From: Curvularia clavata
Lineage: Eukaryota
Direction of reading: 5' to 3'
Assembly: GCA_023920165.1 (NCBI GenBank)
Contig: CP089277.1
Span: 3,534,001-3,598,000 of the forward strand
DNA length: 64,000 nt
A program made the translations under genes and the position numbers. The notes below the pieces were generated by a model. It made no database searches and had not been told where the DNA came from. It was given only the letters and a program-made list of their open reading frames with translations. Below are positions 1 to 13,450 of this stretch, piece after piece. Within the stretch, counting starts at the first letter, position 1; every line of letters begins with the position of its first letter.

Positions 1-341
1 TTCGCTTAACTAAAAGTTACAGATTTTATGCCGAAGCAGGTTTTGTGGCAAAGCGCCATGTAGAGAAACGTAAACAAGAATATGGATATCAATGCGTTCG
101 TAAATCGTAACGACAGTGAGTAATGATTCTCTCAGCACAGAGAGTAAATAGAAATTATATAATGATACCGTGATTCTACTCTACCTGCAAAAACAAGCAG
201 TAGCAGGCACTTTCGGATCAAGCTTTTACAGTAAAGTGATTTGGGTATTGAAATACGGCCGTGTCATGGACGAGACAAAAGAATCGAAGATGGGTACGCA
301 ACATCATGACCAAGCCTCAAAGCCACACAAATGTAGGCGCT

Positions 342-2293
342 TTAGTTGAAACCGCCTGGGATGCTCTTGATGGGGGAGTCTGGAGGCGAATGGAAAGCCT
401 CGTCTTTCTTTTCGTTTTCTGGCGATGGCTCATGCGAGTACTTTGGCTTGAGTCTGTTGCCAATCTGTTCGAGCCTGCTGTCTTCTACCGAAGACAGGGA
501 CGAAGTTGAATCCCCACGCATGAGCGAAGGGGTCGAGTCTGGGCTATGCTTCGGGACAGTCGGAGAGGGCACAGCTGATGTGTCTTGAGTTGTGCTTAGC
601 GATGCATCCGAGTTGATAGAGATCCTGTTGCGGAATGGGTTCCTGGCAGGAAGGGCTGGCGCAACGGGCTTAGCCACCTGAACGACGCGTGCGCGAATTG
701 CCTGCGGGGCTGCAGCCTGGTGAATCTCGTGAACAATCGGCTCCTCTTCCTCGTCATCCTCGTCGTCCTCTTCCTCATCGTCGTCCTCATTGTCGTCATC
801 GTCCTTGTGATGGTCAAGGCCCTCTTGCTTACGTGGTGCCGCGTTCCGGGGCGAGCCGCTCGATTTGTCATCCATAGCTACGTCAGATTTCACTTCAGTG
901 GCTGTAGGAGTAGCCTCATCGGTCTGCTTTTCAGGGCTCTTTGATGATGGTGGGGTGGCGTGCTCGACTTTTGTCTCAGGTATCTCTGTCATGGGAGGAG
1001 TAGGCGCCCGTGCAACGCTTGTTCTTGGTGGAAGCGCCGGGGCTGGCTTCTTGACCGTCGGAGGAGGTGGAGGCAGATCATCTGTCTGCGTGCTCATATC
1101 AGCAGTTGGTGCTCGGGACTCAAACACGCTGCTTATAGTGCTCATTCGCCAGCTTGACCGCCGGCTTCCAGCAAAACTCGATCGATCTGTGCTCTTGCGA
1201 TATGTAGAGTTTCTGAAGGTGTTGTAAATGGGGCTCGTTGGGCTGGGCCTGAATTCAAACTGTTCGCTGGATGGTCGGCTATTTGTCCCTGCCTCCCTGA
1301 TTTCCAGACCGGCCTCTTGCAATGCAAGTACACCAAATGGATCGGGGTCAACAGCATCTGGGATACCAAAGGTTTTGTCCTCAGGGGCGGTAACCTCAAA
1401 GTCACCAGGCGGGGCTTCGTCTGGGATCAGGGACTCGTCTACATCCGTATCACCTTGGGCGGCTTTGAGTGTTTCCATGAGTCTACGTGTCTCGTAGGGT
1501 GGGTGCCGCACTTTTCCAGCCAATATGTCCTTGACCCCTATGCGTTCGCCGTAAAAGCGCTCGTTCTCGTCTGTGCGTTCGATAATGATAGTTCCGTCTA
1601 GTTGAAGGCCAGCGTAGAAGCCTCGTGACTTGATGTAGGTAAACAGAGGCGCCTGGCGCTTGTGGATCTCCGTGTCCAGCATGCCTCCAACGCCAGCTGG
1701 ACCAGCTACTGCGCTAATTTCTCCACCTAGGGTGCACCTAATTGACTGGAAAGCCTCGAGTGCCTTTTCCGAATTGATGACAATAACACAATCGTAGATG
1801 TCCACGCCAACCAGGAAACCTACACCGACTGTGTGCATCATGATGCCAGAGGGCGGTGACCATGTGCCGTCCTCTTTGCGTGCGACTAGTATACCGGCGC
1901 CGCCGGACCCGGAGACCCAAAGGCCTGTCCGCATGGTTGTGAATATGCAAAGGCCCTTTGCATTTTGTATGACTTTGGAGGGTATCTTCTTGAGCACCTT
2001 TTGTTTTCCTTGGGGTACGTTTGCGGTGGCTGGGCGGTCTTCTTCCTCATAAAAACCATCCTCTGCAGCGGGGTCAGTGGCTGTGGGTGCCTATATAGTG
2101 GTGACTTACTGCAGAAACTCTTGAGGATTCGGGCGGCCTTGTCTGACTCGATGTCTAGGGTCGTAGGCCAGAAAGCCTCGGAGCCGACTCTGTTGGACAG
2201 ACGGTTCACGGGCGCACCGAGTTTGTCGACCCAGTTGTAGACCTTGTCGAAGCCGGCCTTGGACTGGGTTTTCGTCTTTGACCAGAGCGCCAT
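342..2293 (-). CDS. Ysc84/Lsb3/Lsb4-like SYLF (DUF500) actin/lipid-binding domain protein with long Pro/acidic low-complexity tail
   Basis: ATG 2293; one intron 2063-2109 (GTAAG..CTGAC..CAG) joins EAFWPTTLDIESDKAARILKSFC to KDGFYEE..IPSKVIQNAKGLCIFTTMRTGLWVSGSGGAGILVAR..WSPPSG..YIKSRGFYAGLQLDGT, a typical SYLF signature. Stop at 342. Confidence 0.9.
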
Positions 2294-3307
2294 GTTGGCG
2301 GGCTGACTACGTCACAGGCTGGCCAAGTGTTAGGAGTGGGTTCGAGTACGAGTGCACATTGGGCATGCAGAGGATAAAAGCACGGCGGGCTTGCTTGAGA
2401 AAAGGCAAAGAGTAGAGAGGCCCGGGGTCGGAAGTGTCGGGAATGGATGGTACACCAGCGGGCGACGACCGTTTTTCAGTCCCGCGGTACGTCAGCTGTA
2501 AGCTAGAGGTGGGCGGGCGGTGGCCGATGCAGGTGGCGGCGCCCTGTGCATGTGTGTAGTATTGGTACATGTTAATCATGGCCTAAGCACTCGCAGGCGA
2601 CCAACCCCTGCGCATCACGACTCGGGCGAACTCTTGGTTGCAGTCATGAGATATTGATTGACCTGATGCGGCGGCGGGTAGGGGAGGGGATCCAAGATGG
2701 GTGGCAGCACACCATTAGGACGAAACACGCATGCCGGCTGATTCGTTGAGGATGCCTCGTATTGGCTACCACAGCCACGCCAGGAACAAGCAGAAAAAAC
2801 ACGAAGAGACGGACCAAAGGCAGGCAATGTGTGCGGGCGGCGCTTGGGACGCGTGCCGTGAATCAGTTGCACGTGGCCGTCCCATGTCCAGGCCGAGTGA
2901 AGTCGGTGGTGCGACCAGGCTGATCCCCGCCGTCCCGGTGAACAAGCTCAGCGCTCCCTCAGCCATGGCAGCCCCAATGCATCCCTTGCGGAAAAACACT
3001 TTCGCCGTTCGCCGGCCCAGCCAACGCGCCAAGCATCTGCCGCATCAAGCGCGTCGCTCCGAGCTCACCAAAGTTTACGCTTTGCGACCGCGCCCAAAGG
3101 CTGCACAAACAACAAAGAATATACACACACAAATCAACTCCGCTCCTCTCGGCCGCTGGTGCGCACATGCTGAGGATCGTGTGGCCATCAAATTAGTGTG
3201 CCCGATTTAGTATCAGGCCCATTGTTGTTGCAGGTTGGCCTGGTCCACCCTTCTAGCCTGTCCGCTACTACCTGGGCCCGCAAACCATCACCAGAGCAGC
3301 AACTGCA

Positions 3308-6300
3308 ATGTTTCGTGTCCCATCGCCCACACCACCCTCGACCCCCGGACGCGACTACTACCCTGAGCACCCTCCCTCGACAACTCCAGCTGGACCTCCG
3401 CCAGGCATGAGCAACGGCCTGTTTGGCTCGTCGCGGCCATCCTTCGACCCCAACCGCTACGATTTCGGCGCCACTTCTTTGTTTGGCAGCTCACCGCCCA
3501 AGCATGACCTGCTCGAAGGCGTCGGCTCAGGGTCAATAGGTACTTCAACTTTTGGCCGACCCCATGTCCAGCGAGGACGTCCCACCTCAGGCCAGTTTCG
3601 TCCATCCAATCGCGCCCCAGACAGAGGTGCCGAGGGCGAAACCGACGAAGAAGACTACACCGATGAGGACGAACACGACGAAGATGACGAAGACATGGAC
3701 GAAGACGAGGAATCCGAAGACGAAGAAGAGCAATTTTCTGCCCAGCGGCGCAACAAGGCGCAGAACAGGTTCTCTCAATCGATAGCGTCAAGGGCAAGCG
3801 CAAACGACGTGGAGCCAGGTCCCGTCTTGGTACGGTCAGGCGCAAAGCAGACACAATTCGACCTTCTGGCGCTTGCCAAGGGTCTCACATCGGGCGCCGG
3901 TCGATTGAACCTTCGCGAACCCGACCATGTCATCCTCGACACGGAGCGGCTGGTGAAGAAGGTGCACGATTCTCTACAGTCAGACTCGCCGGAGAAGAGA
4001 GCCGAGCTGATTGGCTCAGTCGCCCACGATTTGATAGCAACATGGCGCGCTGCATCCAAGTCGAATCCTCGAGCCAGCATATCTTCGAACCGGTCCGAAA
4101 CTGCATTGGAGCTATCGCAGGCCACCCAACTGGCAGCTCTTTTGCTTGCGCTACATCATCCTCCTCAGATTGGCCTGAACCAGCGAACTTCTGCCCTCTC
4201 CTTGGTACCAGCGCGATCCGAATCGAAACAATACACACCAGTCCCAAAAGTCTTGCTTGACTGGCTGAATAGTACGTTTGATGGAGGCTCCGAGGTGGCA
4301 GAGGTATTGAAGCAAACCGGCGGATACTCCAGGCATCCGTCGTTTTGGGAAGTTGTGCACGTCACCATCGCGCGGGGGAAATTCACGCAAACGTTGCAGT
4401 TGCTACAGGGTGCTCAGCTTGAAAATGCTGAAACAGCTGAACATGACGGGTTGGGGCATGGCGGATATACTGGCACACATCTCCATTACGCCAACCAGGC
4501 CCTCCGTCAAGCACTTGATCTTTTGCGCGAGTGCCCTGCTATCGCATCAGAAGATTGGGACATCAAGGGACACGATTGGACTATCTTCCGCCAGCGTGTC
4601 CAGCAAGCCTCCGTTAGCTTGGAAGATTTCGCAGAAGGCGAAAGTGTGAGTCGCCAGTCTGTATCGCAACCTTTCCAGGCGTCACACTTTGGAATTTCCC
4701 AGACTCAGGCAAGCTTTCAACTTAGCGTAGCCAGCCGCAAAGCCGAAAGCAAGGTACCCTGGTCTGTTTACGAGAACCTAGAAAGAATGTATCAACTTCT
4801 ACTAGGCAACGAAGAAGAGATTCTCACTTTGTCGGCGGACTGGATCGAGGCGACTGTAGGTCTAACGGTCTGGTGGAACGGAGAAGAGGAGGACCTTGCA
4901 CAAGGTAGTCTCGCGGCCAGCCGTCGGTCCATGATGCGGTCGCAACGAGTTCGCCCCGTCGACGTGACACCAACCAAAGCGTATGCCCAACGCTTGTCTG
5001 CTGCGCTTGCGGCAGTAATACAAAACAGCGACGAGGATTTCGGTATCAATTCTGTAGATCGCTTCGAGGTGGGACTAGCCTGTGTACTGGACGACAATGC
5101 AGAGGGTGCACTTGAGATTCTCCATGGTTGGTCGCTCACCATAGCCTCCGCAGTTGCTGAGATTGCCAGCGCAGGGGAATGGTTCAAGGGCGCCAAGGGG
5201 TTGTTAGATCAGTTCGATCAAGATGACTTGATGGTTCTGAGCTACACCGAACAACAACAGCCAAAGGGTGTGACAAAGGACGATTTGCTCGTTTCCTATT
5301 CCGAGCTGTTGGCATCCAAGGGGCAGATCACAGGCAAGGAAGACCAAGAGTCTAAAGAAGGATGGGAGTTGGCTGTGCAAGTCCTAGGAAGGCTCGATGA
5401 CACCATAGCGGCAAACGAGCGTATCGAGCAGATACTTAATGACCTGCCTCTCGAGTCGTCAGCTCGCGTCGACAAGATCACTCAGCTCTGTCATAATCTG
5501 GGTCTCTCACAACATGCGGTCACCATTGCTCAGGTATATTATGTCCTTCACATCAGTAACATTGATTCTAACCATTACAGAAATACGCCGACCACCTCCG
5601 CACAAACACCGAGAGCTATGGTGATACTCTCCTCTACTATGCTCGCGCGCACGACGCACCAAGAATCCAAGAAGTGCTCCGCGTATTGGTCGCCCACTGC
5701 CTTGTCAAATCCATGGCATATCCTCCCTTGGACGAACTCGACGAATCTCTCAACTCACTCATCTCTTCACCTAAGCAGGCTCTGACAAAGCTCGCTAACA
5801 CAGACTCTGAGGCCGCCTCGCTGCTCTCGAACCATCTTAGCGGTTACGCAACAATACGCAAGTACTATGACCTCCGCGATGAAGAGGTACTCTTGAAGAG
5901 TGGAGAGAAGCCTTCGCACCGACCCATGGCACGGAAACGGGCTGCTGCCAACGCCCTCATGGTCATTATCGCAAGCGCAGCGTCCAGCATCCACGGAGGC
6001 CTGTACGACCCTGAAGTAGAAACCGTGGTCCCCGTCGATGTGTTGCTCCCGCTCCTCGGTGAAGCCCTCGTTTTCGTCAACCAACCAAAGCGCACCCTTA
6101 CTCTCCGCCATCTCTACGATTTACTCGCCGCCGTCGAGGACCTAGACACCGCCCCCAGCATGATCCGAGCGCAGTGCGAGGAGGTCCTCAACACCACTTT
6201 GCTCTCAGCCCACGACCCCAATTCCTCCCACCAAATACCCAACCCACACGGCTTCCTCACAAAGTCGACGTCGAACCTGACGACAGCTTCTAGTCAGTAC

Positions 6301-6522
6301 TCGATCATTGGCTCCACAGACTTTGGCTCGGCAGATGGCCAAAGCGCAGACGGCTCGACTGTCTTGGTTAAAGGCGGTCATGTGGACGATAGCAAGCGTG
6401 GCTGGGATTGGCGTAAGGGTTTTCCCAAGGGCGCAAAGAGCGAGGACATCATTGCCGTGTTGAGAGTCGGTGTTGCACGTGAGATTGCGAGAGCGTTTGC
6501 TGAGGGCGAGGTCGCTGCGTAA
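3308..6522 (+). CDS. NUP85: Nucleoporin Nup85-like (Nup84/Y-complex)
   Basis: Long ORF 3308-5533, intron 5534-5580 (GTATAT..CTAAC..CAG), continuing KYADHLRTNTESYGDTLLYYARAH to stop 6522. Helical-solenoid character with HPSFWEVV..RGKF and WELAVQVLGRLDD segments resembles fungal Nup85 (recognised from memory). Confidence 0.75.
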
Positions 6523-6847
6523 ACGAAACATTACTCTTGTGAGAAAACAATCAGGAAAAAGTGATCTTGGTTAGGAGGGAGAGAGCCGGGGATTTGATAC
6601 CACATCACACTGTACGAGTAGTGTACTTGCACGTCGAAACAACGAACAAAGGGCAATCTTTTTGGTTTGGATATAGGAGCAAGCGCATGTTCATTGGTTC
6701 TGAGGATGGGGGGATTTTAGGAAGAAAAATTAATGAAATCAGCGCTCGAGCATGGTGCAGAGTCTGATCTACCTCCTCTGCTGTAGATGTCTGATCTATC
6801 AATACTCCACTGAAGCATGTGAAGACTGCATGCCACTCATCATGTCT

Positions 6848-8243
6848 CTATGCATAGACATAGCAAAGCGGTCCACCTGTCGTAGAAAACAAGTCCCTGC
6901 TCGCAAGATGATTCATACTTTCCGGCGCCGCAACACCCATCTCCTGCTTATCGTCTGGCGAACCGCGAGGACTATCTGGCAACATCCAATTTGTGCCACC
7001 TAAACTGACGTATTAGTAGTTATCCCACGACTGGACAGACAAACAAGGCAAATGCGAAAAAAAAAAAGACGTACCTTCATACATGCTCGTCCTCGTCTTC
7101 AACTGGCTCTCGATATACATAGTCCACATCCACCAGTGGCGATCCAGCTGCGTATGATGCAGCCAGAAAAAAGGCTCACCGGGACTAACATACACGTCGC
7201 CGCCAGGGTCGCCCCAGACACTGTAGTGGCCAGCTGAGTGCAGAGCAGCGAGGGGATTCGACATATTCATCTGCAACGTATCCTGGAATGTGGCAATATC
7301 ATTACTACTCTCGATATGGCGCAGTAGATCATCTGGTCTGAGATACCGCTCTGGCAAGAAATTACTGACATCGCGACGGAGACAGCGGGGATTATCGCCA
7401 TAGCCATCGGCACGCGGATTGGATGGGATCTTCAGTGCAGGATCCATGGTAGGCATGACGGGACCGAGGTGAATGGTGAGGTTGGCAAAGGGGCCACTGG
7501 TCACGCAGCCGCCTCCTGGGCCGCCAGGGAGACTGGGGCTACCGGGACCCATGTTCATGCCTCCATGGGGACCGATTGCGTCGCCGTTACTACCCATGCT
7601 CCATTCGTCGCCGTTGAAGATGGGGCTGTGGACTAGGTCGCTGTATTTGGACCAGTCCCAATAGGGCTGGTACCCCGCGTATTGGCATTCGTTGCGGAGA
7701 GCGGTTTCATAGGCCCAGACGTAGTAGCGGTGCCAGTGTAGGAAGTTTGCGGTGGAGTGGATGGAGGGCGTCATGTTCTGCAGTGGAAGGCTATCGTTAG
7801 CGTGTTGACATGTGCGGAGTGTGGGAGTAGCTTGCCATGTGAACGACTACAAAGTCATCGTAGCGGGACTTTGCGCCAGGGTACTGGCCCGTCGGAAGCT
7901 TGGAGGGTGATTCAAGAAGGCATTTCACGGCATTGGTGTAGGCTTTTCGTTCTGCTTTAGTGAGGTCGCCACTTTTGTGTGTTAGTGTGTACAATTGATT
8001 GTTGACAGATGATATTCACAATTCTTTTCGTACGGCGACTGTGTCTCTGTTACAGGTGGAAACTCGGCTCATGCTATCGCTCAGGCTGTTGTCAAGCACT
8101 TTGTAGGCGTTTTCGAGAGCTTGATGTTGGATATTAGCGAGCTTGGTCGCGGCATCTTGTATCTTGTCGAACGGCGATGCAAAAGCGCCTAAGGTAAGAC
8201 ACAATGCTGCCACAAGGGCTTTGGGGATAAAGGGGCCGGCCAT
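6848..8243 (-). CDS. Secreted tyrosinase-like di-copper centre protein
   Basis: Signal-peptide-like start MAGPFIPKALVAALCLTLGAFA; RKEFGDLTKAERKAYTNAVKCL; CuA H(MNMTPSI)H..FLHWHRYY; PYWDW; CuB LHSAGH..PFFWLHHTQLDR; ends GGPLCYVYA*. Four exons; intron 2 (7778-7835) is GC-AG. Confidence 0.88.
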
Positions 8244-8292
8244 TGAATGGTGATCAAAGAGTGATGAAGTACATGGTGAAAAGTTTGCAAGT

Positions 8293-8294
<2 letters not shown>

Positions 8295-8324
<30 letters not shown>
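8295..8324. repeat. (TA)15 microsatellite ~50 bp upstream of the tyrosinase start codon
   Basis: Perfect TA run read directly. Confidence 0.95.
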
Positions 8325-8328
<4 letters not shown>

Positions 8329-10960
8329 TGGAGGGTTGCTTCCTCTTCTCCCCATGCGGGCATTAAACGGTTGTGCCATACTATCGCTTCTGCCATCTCA
8401 CTTGCCAACATGATTGAGACATGCGGGGCGGCTTTTGAGGCAATATGGTACAATAACACTGGGTATGGTGATGGATGTATACATTGATTGCTGCTGTGTA
8501 TACTGCGCTTACTAGTGCATGCCGAAAGCGGTAGTATATATCTGATGGGATTGGCATTGTATAACTCAAGAGTGTGTCTTATGGATGTCGTTCATGCTGA
8601 AAACATTCAGAACAAGCATTTCCCTGACTGCGCTCTTCGGTGGCAATCAGAAGAGAACTACTCACATCACTGCGAGCTCATTTAGGACAATCTTCGCCTA
8701 GAGACTTAATACTGTGACCCAGAGGCGTGTTGGATATAAGGCGTCAGAAGCGAATATGGCAGACATTGTCTTGCGGTTCTAAGTGACACTGCCGAGCTAC
8801 CAATATAAGGCATTCAATACCGGCAATTGCACCCCTGACAGTCGGGCACGTTGTGCCGGGCACCTGTGGAATTGGCCAAGGCTATAACACTCTAAAATTT
8901 TAGAACATCAAATTTGATCGCGGTCAGTTTGTTCAGAACAGCCAAGCATGGAAATTGTGCTGCTACGCCGTGCCGAGACTATCGCGGCGAAAATCTCCGA
9001 TAGTTCGACTAGTGGGAAAGGATGAGGTGTTCTACATCCTTGCGCATGACGTGCAAATTACATTTGTCAGAAGTGCGCTTCGCGAGAAGGATCGGTAAGA
9101 CGCGCATTCGGTGGAAAGGTAAGCCAAAGGGAATGCCAAAAAAAAGGGGATAGAGGGTTGTGGCCAATTGTTCGCTAGTCATGCCGTTCAGAGTGAGTAT
9201 CATGTCGCCGTGTAAGTAATTCCATGCATGTCAAGAAACCAACAGTCTTCACTCGGTCGAAGGTAGTTTATGGCGATGGGAGCTAGATAATGGAGCTTGT
9301 ATAGTCCGCTTCATGGCGAGAGACTCTGCCTTTCAAAGTAGGAACACCTCTAGTAGATCGGGGGGTTCAAAAGAGCTCTATGTGTATCACGTAATCTAGA
9401 TCTCAAATCCAGCGTACCACCTTTTAGATCCTTCGTACATTAGCAACAGAGACTCTTGGCACGATGCTGATAAACCGGCTTCTCAGCCAGAGCGCCACCA
9501 ATATCAAAGAGGGTAGGTAGCATCGAGCAGTGCGTGCTGCAGGACGAGTGCATGTGTTAGCCAATGGGAAGCACGAAGTGCCCAAGCAGGCACCATAGCC
9601 AGAAGACCAGGATACGTGGGAAAAGGAACCATGGGTCGCAAAGATAGTGCGGCTGCAACGAGGTGCTCGGTGAAATCCGCGGTACATAAGTAAGTTTGCG
9701 GGGGTTTTAGTCAAGTAGTTATGTAGATTTATGGGAGGCGTGGAGTGGTTCCGTGTGCCTAGGATGCATGTGTCGGCTGTGGGCAAGATTGTTGAATGCA
9801 GCCATGGTATTATCCAGCGTGCCAGGGCTGATTCGGAAAGGCTGCTGGGCATGAGGATGAGGACGAGCGCTGTGAGAGGGGCGAAACGGTTGGGTTGCAG
9901 GTGGTTGCAGGCGGGCGTCCGGAGCCAAGCCGGAAATGGAGTTAAAGTGGTAACGTGATTTTTGGCGCGACCGTGTCGAGGGGCGATCGTCGCGTCAAAG
10001 CCAGGGCGCGTTGCCCTCCAACTTCCCCCTCGTTTCCGAGGCTGAATGATGAGCGACACATGTTGCCGCAGGATTAGGCACCATTTGATGCCCAGCAGCC
10101 CGGCTCTGCCTGCTCGCGAATTGCATTGTTGCGCGGAATCGGCTCGGTGCCTTGTATCATGCTGCTGCATCAGACGGCTCGCTGGACGCGACTTTGCCCC
10201 TCAGGGGAAGACAAGCCGCCGCATGTGGATTGGGCTTAAGAGGAGCGATGAGCCGTCGCTGGCTACTGCGCGGCGTCGGCTGGGTTTGCTTTTCGCAAAG
10301 TTTCCTGGGTAGCATGGCCAAAGCTTCGGATATGATATTCCATATTCCATCGAAAGGGCGATGGATGCCTTGGACAAGGGACGTAGCCAATCGTAGCCCA
10401 GGCTTATCTCCCTGTGCGTATGCCTATGGACGATGTGACAAGAAAAAGCACAAGTCGAGGCGTCGCAAGGACGAAGGCTCAGCTCCTAGCGAGCCGGCTG
10501 TGAGAATTGGAGACGCATGGTATGCTGGTCTAGCGCAACCAGCTCTTTGTCCCGCCCTTGTTTCACAACCTTGCACAAGTGTTACCTGGCCTGGTCCGGG
10601 GCTTAGTCCTGTGCACCACTGACTCCTCACCACCCGCCAAAATGGGTTAGCCAAACATGTGATATCGCGTTTACGCGTTAGACTGATTCACGCGTCCAAT
10701 CGCGTCGTAATTCACCTCCTCCCCGACAGCGGGCCAGATAGCGGCCTCCCGGGAGGAGTCAGGTATATATACACAACTGCAGTCGCTTGCTACTTTGCCT
10801 GCCATCGCCTATCTCGTCCTGCTGTAAGCTCGACTGCCCAAGGGCCTGCTTCATTGGCTTGTGTGTTGAGATTTCAACAACAACTATTCACACACGGTAC
10901 CTCCAAGTATCCAAGACATCTACCTAATCGTAGCCCGGTCTTGTGTAACTCCAGTCAGCC

Positions 10961-11834
10961 ATGTTCTCGTCATCCAGCCGCACCCGATACCAGGAAGGTA
11001 GCTTCTCGAAACATCGAGCAAGCAAGTCCAAATCGTCCAAGAAGAACCCTTCGTTCAAGGACTCACCGAGGAGAGTAGAGAAACTAGCACAGCAGGCGCA
11101 GGCGTCGGCAGCAAACTCCAATCCTGCATCTCCATCTCTAGGCAGGTGGGTTCCAACCTGTGATTCCCCTCTCAAATAGTCTTACTGATGACTTCTATAG
11201 TGCAATCGTTACCATATCTGTTGGGCGTGAGCAGCGACTCTTTGCAGCGCATGAAGATGTCTTGTCGCATTCGCCCTGGTTCCAGTCTCTCTGCAACGGT
11301 CAGTTCTTCCAAACCACCACCAACAAGCGCATCGATCTGCCCGACGAAGAACCCGAGGTCTTTTCATCCATCCTCGAGTACCTCTACAAAGGTGACTACT
11401 ACCCACGCATGGAGTACGACAAGAAGCGCAACAGCTGGAGTCTCGAAGACGGTGGTGCCAACCCCAACAACACGCACGAAGCCGTCATCCAGTCTTCAGC
11501 TGGACCGATTCTCAAAGACACCATCATCTACTGCCAAGCAGACAAGTACGGACTGCAGGAGCTGAAGAAGCTTGCTCTTAAGAAGCAAGGCCTTCAGTCT
11601 GGCATCCAATGCTCTACCATCCTCACGTCTGCTCGATACGCCTACGCAAACACTCCCGATAACGACTCTAAGTTGCGCGCTCACTACCTTGCCCTCATCA
11701 TTCGCGCGCGACACACCTTTAAGCGCAGCGGAACGATGCAGAACGAGATGGAGCATGGTGGAAAGCTCTTTTTCGATCTCTTCGTCGCCATGGTCAATCA
11801 CATGGACGACCTGTCCGCTAAATCGCCTTATTAG
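10961..11834 (+). CDS. BTB/POZ domain protein
   Basis: ATG 10961, intron ~11146-11200, then IVTISVGREQRLFAAHEDVLSHSPWF..IDLPDEEPEVFSSILEYLYKGDY..IYCQADKYGLQELKKLA (fungal BTB signature). Confidence 0.88.
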
Positions 11835-13450
11835 GCTATCCTAATCCTCTTTCAACTGCTTTGGCCAGTTGATCTTTTCCTTTTGTTATCACAACTCTTC
11901 TATGATTTTATTGCCACCTAGAATCCTGCGGTAATGTTGCCATCTCTTTACGCCAGCCTTCTTGTATATATATTCCCCCCGATCAGCCTCACCGCTACGT
12001 CTCCTCAGCATCGGATTATCTTGATGTTTTCTTTACTTGCTTCTGAACTTACGCAAGGCGTTCCTGGAATGGTGCTTTCTCTTTCTCTTACCAAATTAGC
12101 TGTCACTGTTGTACTACTACTATCTTCTTTTCCTTTGCTTCACTCAAGGTTTCTTTCATGTGTGTTTCAAGAATGCCGCCGTGCGAGAACACATGCGTGC
12201 TTGATGTCATTTAGATTGCAACAGAACACAAACAAACCAAATTGCGTCATGGATGCCTCTGCAATCACTGCGTTTGCTCGCCCCATGTGATCTCATTCTC
12301 ACCTCTCTATCACCCTCAATCACCCTTTACCACCTAGCATATTGGCTTCAAGTATATGAACCACAAAAGTATCTATCCTTCCATCAAGCAGTCATTGACT
12401 CGCCTGTCCCTTCTTGGGTGGGCTCCCTAGCACAGGTTCCATAGCGATTTAGCGCTATGACCATATCTGGGCTGCTCGCTAGGGGGGCGTTTGTCGGCCG
12501 TAGAACCTGAGTTCGATTCTAACAAGAACCAGTGTTCGATCCGGAAGACAGACGTCGGGCAGCGAAGGCGACTAGTGAGTCGACGGCTTGATAAAAAGAT
12601 CCAGCAGCTTTGATTACTCATTAATCAATCGCTTGATTTTTATTTTTATTTTTTGCTCCCAGGGAAAGCCGTAGAGGTAGTCTAATGCACAGCAGTAGCA
12701 TGTGTTAGGTGTCCTGAGTTCGCTTTTTCATCTACATTCAGGTAATATCTTTTTATCAGCTTCCTTTTTACCTATCTGAAAGTTTTGCGGCAGAATGACA
12801 ATACCTGAATGTAACAATACGGAAGCTGAACTGTCAGATATTTTTACTTTTCGCGACATACAACAATAATTGTGGTGATATGACCATATGGAACTCCTTG
12901 ACTTGAAAAGTGACAACTGTCTTGTTTTTCGCCCAAGGCTCTAGCCCACTCTCTTCTCCTCGTCTTTTAAGCACATGCGCCTACACTTCCCTAAGCACCT
13001 AGCTCACTCGAACACATCCACCCTGTGACTCAAAGATATTATGTTACACTACAGGACAGAATAGACTAGAGTGAAATAGAAGGTAGCATAAACTAGAACA
13101 CCGAAAGTTGCGTAGGCGAAAAAAGGTGCCCAAATAAGAAACAAAAAGCAGAAGGCCATAGCGAAGGGGGATGGAAGGAGGAGAACGCACGGTGTCAGAT
13201 GACAGCGCGAATAGAAGTGTGCGTCACGTATTGAGTGAAATGTGCACGGGGTATAATATTTGATTGTTTCCATAATCCGTCGTCGTCTTGCATGCACTAC
13301 TTCTGCAAAGCAGTTTCAATGTACACAACTATGCCCTTGCACGTCGCTATTCATACACTACCATATACCTGCACACCTGAACCAAGTGATGGGGTATGAC
13401 TGTTTTTTTTGCCAAGGAGCCATCCAGGCCAGTGTCTAGGCAGCAAGCCA

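Noticed and set aside
745..810. TCC/TCG/TCA trinucleotide-like repeats (similar tract at 3640-3730)
   Set aside because: They encode Asp/Glu-rich tracts of the SYLF protein and Nup85; not independent repeats.
9424..10622. 248 aa and 156 aa ORFs upstream of the BTB gene
   Set aside because: Non-ATG starts or low-information composition and no domain motifs; most likely promoter or UTR sequence.
12505..12525. GTTCGATTC T-loop-like word suggesting a tRNA
   Set aside because: The flanks do not form a T-stem or cloverleaf.
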